From positions 21,826,001 through 21,890,000 of the forward strand of contig NC_045697.1 of the NCBI RefSeq assembly GCF_009834535.1: a stretch of 64,000 bases of DNA. Direction: 5' to 3'. The notes beneath the pieces are model-generated. The model was not told the DNA's origin, made no database searches, and saw nothing but the letters and a program-made list of their open reading frames with translations. Below, one piece after another: positions 54,016 through 64,000 of this stretch; the first letter of the stretch is position 1, and each line of letters begins with the position of its first letter. Both the position numbers and the translations under genes were made by a program. Origin of the DNA: Camelus ferus. Taxonomy: Eukaryota.

Positions 54016-55465
54016 TTAATCGTGTATAACCTTGAGTTTACAGCTTGTATGCTACTATAGCATGACCTATATATATCCTGATCAGTATAAATAAGTGGGA
54101 TCTTTACAGACAGCAAGAGTTGAAGTAGTTTTAGTTAGAAGGCAGCACGTGCAAAGGCACAGTTGAAGAAAGATTCACAGTATATAAGTGCAACAAAAAT
54201 TATACTTGTGTGAAATGGGGCTTAGGGTACATGAGAATGGGGGTTAGATTAGGAAGATTACTTTCAAAAGGTAGAGTGAAAACAGATTTTGAAGAACAAT
54301 TGACTTCATGACAAAGAGTTTGTACTTTATTCTACAGGTAAAAAATAAATATGAATGATGGAATGATATAAGACAAATTTTTTAGTAATTATAATATAAT
54401 TAAGTGGGAGGCGGGAGCGACGGAAATTGAGAGTGGTGAAGTGTGAGATCTTGTGAAAGTAAAATAAGTAGATTAGTTGAAAAATTAAATAAAAAATACC
54501 AGTGAGGAAAAATGGTGTTGTTGACTGCTTCTAGTTTAGAAAAATTACCATACCATAGTAAAAGAAAAGTTTAGTTTTTTGTGTGATTGAAGTTAAATTG
54601 TTATTAGCTTAAGACAGTTATAACTACAGGAATTTTTATGCAAGCCTTATGATACGTGCAAAGAAAAAACCTCCAGTAGATACAAAAAGGAAAAATAAAG
54701 GAGAATCAATACATATCCCTACAAATAAATAGCAAAGCACAAAGGGAGACAGCAAGAGAAGAAGAGAAGAACGAAAGAGAGAGAACACAATTAACAAAAT
54801 GGCAACAGTAAGTTCTTACTTACCAATAATTAGTTTATATACAAATGGATTAAACTCCCAATCAAAAGATAACAGAGTCACTGAATGGGTTTAAAAATGA
54901 GATCCAACCATATGATGCCTAGAGGAGACTCACTTTAGATTTAATAATACACATAGTCTGAAAGTGAAAGCATGGGGAAAACATACTTCATGGAAACGGT
55001 AAGCAAAAGAAGGCAGAAATTCCTATATTTACATGAGAAAAAATAGAGCTTGTCAAAAACTATCATAAGAGACAAAGGACATTACATAATAAAAGAGTCA
55101 ATTTAACAATAAAATAACAATTATTAATATATATGCACCCAGCATCAGAGAATCTAAATACATAAAGCAAATCATCGGCAGCTGAAGGGAGAAATAGATC
55201 AGACCATATAATAATTACAGGAGAATTCAACACCCCACTTTGAATAATGTATAGATCATCCAGAAAAAAAAAAATCAATAGGCAAATAGGAGACTTGAAC
55301 ACTACTATAAATCAAATTAACTTAAAATATATAGAACATTCCACCCAAAGCAGCAGAATATACATTTTTCTTCAGCACACATGAAACATTCTCCAGGATT
55401 GCTCATATGTTAGTTTGCTAAAAAGCCTTAAAAAATTAAGATTGAAATTATTCCAAGTATCTTTT

Positions 55466-56450
55466 TTTTTTTGAAGTATAGTTGGTTTACAGCGTTTTGT
55501 TAGTTTCAGGTGTAGAGCAAAGTGATTCAGGTATATATATATACATACATATATACGTATAGACATATATGTATTCATTTTCAGACTCTTTTCCATTACA
55601 GTCTATTACAAGATATTGGATATAGTTTCCTGTGCAGTACAGTAGGAGCTTGCTGTTTACCTTTTATAAATAGTAGTATGTATCTGTTAGTCCCAAACTT
55701 CTAATTTATCCCTCCCCTCCTTTCCCCTTTGGTAACCATAAGATCGTTTTCTATGTCTGTGAGTCTGTTTCTCTTTTGTAAATAAGTTCATTTGTATCGT
55801 TTATTTTAGGTTCCACATGTAAGTTATTTATGATATTTGTCTTTCTCTGCCTGACTTATTTAGTATGATAATCTCTGGGTCCATCTATGTTGCTGCAAAT
55901 GGCATTATTTCATTCTTTCGATGACTGAGTAATATTCCATTGTATATATGGAATCTTCTTTATCCATTCGTCAGTGGACATTTAGATAGCTTCCATGTCT
56001 TGAGTATTGTAAATAGTGCTGCTATGGACACTGGAATACATGTATCTTTTAGAATTAGAGTTTTCATCTTTTCCAGATACATGCCCAGGAGTAGGATTGC
56101 TGGATCATATGGTAACTCTATTTTTAGTTTTTCAAGGAAAAAAACTGTGCTATTCTCCATAGTGCCTGCACCAATTTACATTCCCACCAACAGTGTAAGA
56201 GGGTTCCCTTTTCTCCACATCCTCTCCAGCATTTATTATTTGTAGACTTTTTGATGATGACCATTCTGACTGGTGTGAAGTGATACCTCACTGAAGTTTT
56301 GATTTGCATTTCACTAGTAATTAGTGATGCTGAACATCTTTTCATGTACCTGTTGTCCATCTGTATGTCTTCTTTGCAGAAATGTCTGTTTAGGTCTTCT
56401 GCCCATTTTTTGATTTAGTTGTTTGTTTGTTATTTGTTTGTGTTTTGATA
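55466..56450 (-). mobile_element. Young 5'-truncated L1 (about 1 kb) nested antisense in the older L1
   Basis: Poly(T) followed by 'tgaagtatagttggtttaca'. Perfect 13-bp TSD ccaagtatctttt at 55453-55465 and 56451-56463. Confidence 0.92.
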
Positions 56451-56877
56451 CCAAGTATCTTTTCTAACCACAAAGATTAAAACTAGAAATCAGTAATAGA
56501 GAAAAACAGGACACTTCACAAATATGTGGAAATTAAACAACACACTATTGGACAACAACTGGGTCAAAAAAATCAAGAGGAAATTTTTAAAAATATCTTA
56601 AGACAAATGAAAAGGAAAACACAAAACTTACCAGTACTAAGAGGGAAGTTTATAGCAACAAATACCTACATTAAAAAAGAAGAAATCTCAAATACACAAT
56701 CTAATTTTCTAACTAAAAGAACTACAAAAAGAACAAACAAAGTCCCAAGTTATCAGGGGGAAGGAAATAAGATTAGGGCAGAAATAAATGAAATTGAGAA
56801 TAGAAATACATTTGAAAAAATTGACAAACCTACGAGGTAGTTTTTTTGAAAAACTGAACAAAATAAACTTCTAACCA

Positions 56878-57076
56878 GACTAACCATTTCCTCTTTGCCA
56901 TTTCCTCTGGGAAAACAAACAAACAAACTTTGCCATTTCCTCTGGGAAAACAAACAAACAAACTTTGCCATTTCCTCTGGGAAAACAAACAAACAAACAA
57001 AAACAAAGGTTGGGACATTAGATTTCAGCAGACAAATTATAGATGTCTTAAAAGGATCACTCTGGTTGACTAACCA
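56878..57076 (+). repeat. Templated insertion: local copy of 60360-60468 with a 35-bp unit in three copies
   Basis: 56961-57069 matches 60360-60468 with one mismatch. The 35-mer starts at 56894, 56929 and 56964. gactaacca is duplicated at both ends. Confidence 0.95.
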
Positions 57077-60000
57077 AGAAAAAAAGATAAAACTCAAAGA
57101 AAAGTATACGTGAAAGAAGATACATTACAATGGATGTCACAGAAATTAAAAAAAGATCATAAAATGTTACAAAAAATTATATACCAACAAACTGGACAAC
57201 CTAAGACATGGATAAATTCCTATAAACATACAACATACCAAGACTGAATCGAGAAGAAAAAGAAAGTCTGAACAGACCAAAAATAAATAAGGAGATTGAA
57301 TTAGAAACAAAGAAAAGCCCAGGACCATATGACCTCACAGGTGAATTCTACAAAACATTTAAATAAGAATTAACAGCAATTTTTCTTATACCCTCCAAAA
57401 ATTTGAAGAAACACCTCTAAACTTTCTCTGAGGCTGGAATTACCCTGATACCAATGCCAGACAAAGACAACACAAGAAAACTACAGACAAATACCCCTGA
57501 TAAACACGAATGCAAAAATCTAGGACACAATATTAGCAAACAGAATTTAAAAGCACATTAAAAAAAAACATACACCATGGCCAAGTGGGATTTATCCCTG
57601 GGATACAAGGATGGTTTAACATAATAAAATCCATAAGTATGATAAACCACATTAACAGAAAAAAGGATAAAATTTTAAGATAATCTCCATATTTGTAGAA
57701 AAAGCATTTGACAAAATTTAACATCCTTTCAAGATAAAAGTTCTCAACAAATTAAGTATAGAAGGTATGTACCTCAATATAATAAAAGCCATATTTGAAC
57801 AATCCACAACTAACATCATATTAAATGGTTAAAAACTGAATGCTTTTCTGCTAAGATCATGAAAAAGGCAAAGATGCAAAGTCTCACCACTTCTGTTCAA
57901 CACAGTACTGGAAGTACTATCCAGAGCAATTAGGGTGGAAAAAGAAATATAGCCATCCAAATCCGAAAGGAAGAACCAAAATTATCTCTGCAGAAGACAT
58001 GATATAAAACCTAAAAGATGCTGTAAAAAAACAGAACCAAAGAACAAATTTAGTAAAGTTGCAGGCTATTAAAAAATCAACATACAAAAATCAATTACAT
58101 TTTTATACACCAACGATGAACTATCCAAAAAAGAAATTAAGAAAACAATTCCATTCATCATCAAAAAGAACAAAATACTTAGGAATAAACTTAACCAAGG
58201 AAGTAAATAACTTGTACACCAAAAATTATAAATCGCTTATGAAAGAATTAAAGCCAACATAAATAAATGGAAAGACATTCCATGTTCACAGGTTGAAGAA
58301 ATAATATTGTTAAACTATCCCAACAACTCAAAACCATCTATGAGTTCAGTGCAATCCCTATCAAAATCACAATGACATTTTTTACATATATAGAAAAAAT
58401 AACCCTAAAATGTACATAGAACCACAAAAGATCCCAAATAGTCAAAACAATTTTGAGCAAGAACAAAGCTCAAGTCATCACACTTCCTGATTTCAAACTA
58501 TATTACACATTTTTGTATAGTAATCAAATCTATAATAATCAGAATATTATGGTACCGGCATAAAAACAGACATATAAACCAGTGAAACAAAATAGAGAGC
58601 CCAGAAGTAAATTGACACATGTATGGTCACCTAATCTTTGACAGGGTTGCCAAGAATTCACAATGAGAAAAGGATAGTCTCTTCAATAAATGGTGTTGTG
58701 AAAACTGTTTATCCACATGCAAAGGAATGAAACTGGACCCTTACCTTATGCAATACACAAAATTAACTCAAAATAAATTAAAGACTTAAACATGAGACTT
58801 GAAACCATAAAAGTAATAAGAGAAAAAACATCAGAGGATAGCTTCGTGACACTGGTTTTGGCAATAATTTATTGGATATGATACCAAAAGCACAGGCAAC
58901 TAAAGCAAAAATAGACAAATGGGACTACAGGAAAACAAAACAAAACACCACCAATGACAAAAAACAAAACAAACAAAACTGCTCAGCAAAGGAAACAATC
59001 AACAAAATAAAGAGGAAACTTACAGAATGGGAGAAAATGCTTGAAAACCGTTTATCACATAAATAAGGAGCTCATACAACTCAAAAAATGAATAACCCAA
59101 TTTTAAAAAAGTCAAAGGATCTGAATAGACATATCTCTAAAGAAGACATACAAATCTTATAAAAAGGTGCTCAACACCACAAATCATCAGGGAAATGCAA
59201 ACTGAAATCCCAAGGAGTTATCACTTACCACCTGTTAGAATGGCTAAAAAAGTAAGTGTTGGTGAGGATGTGAAGACAGAACACTTGGGCTCTCTTGGTG
59301 GAGTGTAAACTGCTTCGACCACTATGGAAAACAGCACGGAGGCCCCTTAAAATATTAAAAATAGAACCACCATAAGATCCAGCAATCCCACTTCTGGGTA
59401 TATAGCCAAAAGAAATGAAAACAGGATCTGAAAGAGACATCTGCATCCCTGTGTTTACTGCAGCACTATCCACAACAGCCAAGATACAGAAACAACACGT
59501 GTCCATCAACAGATAAGTGGACAAAAAATACAGTATAGAGATATGACAGAATATTATTGAGCCTTATAAAAAGGAAAAGAAATCCTCCCTTTCTGACAAC
59601 ATAGATGAACCTGAAGGACATTATGCTAAGTAAAGTAAACCAGTCACAAATATTATGTACTACCACTGATATGAAGATTCTAAAGTAGTCCAACTCACAG
59701 AAGCATAGAGTAGAAGTATAGTTGGCAAGGGCTAGGAGGAGGGAGAAATAATACAAAATTTTAGTTATGCAAATTGAATAAGGCCTAGAGATCTACTATA
59801 CCATATATTGCTTATGGTTAACAACACTGTGTTATATACTTTAAAACTTTCTGACAGGGTAGATCTTATGCTAAATGTTCTAATAAAATAAGAGTAAGAA
59901 GGAGGAGGAGAAAAAGAAGAAAAAAGAGGGCAGGGAGAAACCTTTGGAGATGATGGATATGTTAATTGCTGTGATAAAGAGTTCATGGATGTAAACATCC

Positions 60001-60079
60001 AAATTAATCAAATTGTATATGTTAAATATCTACAACTTTTTGTACGACAATCATGCATCAATAAAATGGTTTGAGAGAG

Positions 60080-60520
60080 AGAGGGAGGGAGGATGATTGG
60101 AGTGGCTTTCTTAAAGAAGACGACATTTAAGCAAAGCGTTATCAAAGGGGAACAAATTGGTCTTATCGATATCTGTAGGTAAAGCATTTCAGAGAGGAGA
60201 CAGCCAGTGCAAAAATCCTGCATTAGAATAACATGAGGCTTGCTAGAGAAAGCAAGGAAGGTGATGTGGGTAGCAGGGCATATTGAGGTAGGAGAAGGGG
60301 GAGATGGAGTCAGAGAAGTAACAAGGTTCTGGATCTATGACTTTCGATGCCTGTGGAAGAACTTTGCCATTTCCTCTGGGAAAACAAACAAACAAACAAA
60401 AACAAAGGTTGGGACATTAGATTTCAGCAGACGAATTATAGATGTCTTAAAAGGATCACTCTGGTTGATACCAGAGCTCCGTTTGGAAGAATAAGGAGAA
60501 CGGGATAGCAACAATTTTTG
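60080..60520 (-). mobile_element. L2 fragment (donor of the templated insertion)
   Basis: 'gacatttaagc...cagccagtgcaaaaatcctg...gagatggagtcagaga...ttaaaaggatcactctgg' resembles L2. Confidence 0.7.
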
Positions 60521-61388
60521 CCACATCTAGTGCCTAATGTTACAAATGTTCATTAATTTTTTACTGAGTGCATTTATACTGTCATTTTTCCATGGATTTT
60601 TTTTTTGCAATTATAAAGCAAGCTCTATAATCAAAATGTTCAGCTCAGATAAACGTGAAGTATTGTTCTATGGCTTCTTACTGTGTGGCCAATGTGGATT
60701 AATGTTCTTGTTCCATAATTCTAGTTACTTCAAATATGCTTCCAGTACTAGCCACTAACTTCCTAAACCCTCTCGAAGTTACGTTATTCACAATGCATTT
60801 ATGTACACTTTGCGTATAATACAAGCTGTGATGGGAGAAGACATGAATATTTTAAAGAATCTCGTCCAAAGACCCATATTTGCTTTTATATGCTGTAAAC
60901 TAAATATAGAAAAAATGAATTCATTGCAATGAGAAAAAATTTCTGCAACAAAATGCACTTAAAAGAGAGCTTTCTGTTAGACTGCATCTCCCTTTGCACA
61001 TATATGACGCTTTATGAATTTTGCATGATTTTGGCTTATCCACCTCTATGCCGCTGCTAGTGGTGAAAGAAGTTGCAACTGTCTTGAAGGAGGACTCTCT
61101 GTGAGTCAGATTACATTTCTGCAGACTTCTAAATCCATCCAGTCCTCTCATAACACTTATCATTTACATTAGCACCACCATTCACTTAATAACTCTCCAC
61201 CTCATCACTTCCCCTCCTTCGTTCACAAACACAATCTCCGCGTCTACTGATTCTTTCTCTGAAAAATTTAAGTATTAATCTCTTTCTCTTTATTCTTGCT
61301 ATAATTACCACTGTACAGCTGTAAAAGCTACTTCAAATATTTCTCCGGTTGTAATCCATCTCACACACAACTGTTATGCCATGACCTT

Positions 61389-61833
61389 TGTATTTGTCAG
61401 GGTTCTCCAGAGAAACATAACCAATAGGACATATATGCATTAGACATAAGAAGAGATGCATTATAGGAATTGGTTCACACAGTTATGGAGACCAAGAATT
61501 CCCATGATCTGCTATCTACAAGCTGAAGATGCAGGAAAGCTGGTGGTGTAATTCAGTGTGAGTCCAAAGGACTGAAAATCTTGGGGCTGATGATGTGAGT
61601 CCCAGTCTGAATGTCCAAGGGCATCAGCCCCAGCAGAGAAAGTTAATTTGTCTTTCTTTGCCTTTTGGTTCTCAACAGATTGGATGGTGCCCACACACAT
61701 TTGTCAGGGTGATCTTCTTTACTCAGTTGATGGAGTCAAATGCTAATCTCTTCCAGAGATACCCTCCCAGGCTATTTTCCCAGCTGAGCATCCCTTAGCC
61801 CAGTCAAGTTGACACATAAAATCAACCATCATA
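61389..61833 (-). mobile_element. ERVL MLT2-family solo LTR
   Basis: 'cagggttctccagagaaac...cccagtcaagttgacacataaaatcaaccatca'; 5-bp TSD acctt/gcctt. Confidence 0.9.
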
Positions 61834-63649
61834 GCCTTAAGGGAGAATTTGGCAGGTCATAAAGACATGAGGAGGAAGATCCACTGATGGTTGATGGTAA
61901 CTTGACTACTTCCCGAATGGACAGAAGCAGTGAGTCCCATGATAACTTACCCTCTCCTAGAGATATCTGAGACCTCATTGATTTGTGAACTAAAAATGTT
62001 TTGCTGATGAAGTCTCTCTCATAATATTACTGTTTATTATTCTTTTATCTGCCAAGTATTTGACAATCCCAGGCCCTTTGTGCTTTTGTTTCTCCCCTGG
62101 CTCTTCACCCATGCTTTCACTGGCACTTTTCTCTTTACCTAGAATTTTCTTAACAGCTATTTGACTAAGTGCCTTACAAGACTGCCTAGGAATAATTCAC
62201 CTTAGCACTAAAGATTCTTCTCTCAACATTAGCACCTAAATGTGAAACATCTGAAGCTGTATCATACCAGGCCCTGTCTCTCCACGGACTCTCAGGAACA
62301 TGGTTACTTTGTTACAGTTATGAAATGAAACCAGGCAGATCCTTGGATGTAGTACAAAAGAGAAAGTTGTAGTTTATGCATGTTGGCTATTGACTGCTAA
62401 ATTGATTCAGTGAAGAAAGCTGAATCAAAACCCCAGGCTATCTTTCATAGCAAAAGTGAGGCAGGAGATTAGAGGAGGCTCAAGTAACAGGATAGTGAAA
62501 AGGACCAGGATAGGCAACAAGTTACACCCAGGAGAAGCTGTCAGCAGTGAACTCCAGTTACTGGGAAATAACATGCCCAGAAGAATTCCATTGCTGAAGA
62601 GACTGGAAGGGATTCAAGCCATAAGAAAGGAAAAGGGAACAAGATAGGGATCCAGCCATGGGGAAAGATGGGCCCATGGAGGTTATCCAGCAGCTAATCA
62701 ACCGAGTTACCTCACAGAAAGACACATTCCATGGAAAAAGGACCCAAATCACAAAGTGACTAGGAGAGTGGCACCCAGAAACCAAGCCAGGATACAACAA
62801 TATTTATTCAATTCTCCTCTAGGAATCAGTAACCAAGGGCAATATATATTTTTCAGGCCTGGATATAGCATTAGTATCAAAGCCTGGAGTAATATTGAAG
62901 CATTTATGGATACTGAGAAATCATAGAAAGAGTCCTGAATTAGCATCAGCAATCATCTTCCCACAAGGTCTTATTAAACATTCACTCTGCATATCTTGTT
63001 TGTGGTACTCAAAGCAGATAATCTTTTTGTCCAGACAATCAGGAGGGCAGCTTTCTGACTTCACTTCCACTACTGACTGCAACCATAAGTCAGAAACTTC
63101 TCCTGAGGGTCGTCAGGCTAGCCACTGCACAAGGCCCCATTCAATACTAACTGCCTGAAGTTCTGAAATTAAGCAGAGATCTGTGTACTTAAGTATGATT
63201 TTTGGACTGTTTGGATCAATTTTGATGTATGAAGAGTCTATGTCAACAGGTACCTTTATTCCTCTGCTAAAAAGAAACTTCTTGTTCTCTGATGGGGGCT
63301 TCATGTTGCTCTTCCCTAAAATAATTGTTATTTTATTTCAAAATAAATGGATTTAACGTACAGCTAATCAGAAATGCAGAAAGGAGTAATTGTCTTGGCA
63401 CGAAAATCTCAAGATTAAATCAGCCAACCCAACAACTGAAAATCTTGAACTCTAGATTTAATGGAATGAGGACAAGATGTTATTGCCAGAAGACAGAGCT
63501 ACAATTATGTGCTTTAAACAATGGCTGCATTGTAACACCCAGGTATTAAGTAGAAATTCTTAATTAAAAGATCCTATGATATTGCTACAGGTCCTTAAAT
63601 TTATGAAGTACCCAATAAGTGCAGTTTGAATTTAAAAATGCTTAATAAT

Positions 63650-63900
63650 GAGACATTAGCTAACAGTGAGCACTTACTATGTCCTTGGCACTGTAGTAAG
63701 AGCTTAAATATAGGAATTTGTTGAATCCTTATAACGACCCTATGGAGTAGGTAAGTCTTACAAATTAAAAATAAAACCAACCAAACACACAAATAAACTA
63801 TGACACAGAGAAGCCAGGTAAGTTGCCTAATTTCACACAGCTGGTTAAGTCCAGGCACTACCGGTATTGCCTTCATGCACCCTTGCTCTACCGTGTCCTC
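63650..63900 (-). mobile_element. MIR
   Basis: 'gagcacttactatgtcc...ttgaatccttataac...acagagaag...cacacagctggttaag'. Confidence 0.75.
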
Positions 63901-64000
63901 TGAGCTACGTGTCCCAGAGGAGATTCCAAAAGTAGATGATCATTCTTTAGAAATAACTATTAGTCATTTTTGCAAGGCTCCAAACATAGATTAGTTTTGC

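Larger units (their letters stand above)
54560..60070 (+). mobile_element. Decayed L1 (L1MA10/MB-like): inter-ORF region, near-complete ORF2 and 3'UTR
   Basis: EN start 'aatggattaaactcccaatcaaaaga', 'ggagaattcaacaccccactt' (GDFNTPL-like), RT 'gtgggatttatccctggg', 3' end 'tggagatgatggatatgtt...caataaaatgg'. Many stops and frameshifts. Confidence 0.92.

Noticed and set aside
56894..56998. 35-bp direct repeats of CRISPR-like length
   Set aside because: Units are head-to-tail with no spacers, there are no cas genes, and the context is mammalian; explained by the templated insertion.
60520..60538. CTCF-like 'gccacatctagtgc'
   Set aside because: Mismatches at core positions.
1..64000. Remaining 60-120 aa ORFs in the track
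   Set aside because: Low-complexity F/I/L/K-rich translations of AT-rich or repeat DNA, often with non-ATG starts; none recognisable except L1 remnants.

Overview
This is mammalian, AT-rich, repeat-dominated non-coding DNA (deep intron or intergenic). It shows no prokaryotic gene structure, CRISPR array, rRNA or tRNA, and no recognisable host CDS. The ORFs in the track with a recognisable product are decayed LINE-1 ORF2 pieces. The longest ORF (211 aa) is the antisense frame of one of them; the rest look like chance ORFs. Repeats, assigned by eye from remembered consensus sequences: old and young L1, L2, MIR, MaLR/ERVL/ERV1 solo LTRs, and Tigger and hAT DNA transposons. I see no Alu, Bov-tA/BovB, PRE-1, CHR-2 or SINEC. 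Together with the young L1 3' tails, this suggests a camelid-like cetartiodactyl (inference). The most unusual directly visible item is a 190-bp templated insertion inside an L1 (56878-57076). It was copied from an L2 3.4 kb away with iterated microhomology restarts and a 9-bp target duplication. Other items: a perfect 17-bp fold-back, a micro 3'-transduction, two splice-site-bounded exon candidates on opposite strands (one doubling as an AG|GTAAGT recursive-site candidate), and a tandemly duplicated heat-shock element. I cannot support a new protein-coding system here. Subfamily names and most repeat boundaries are approximate.
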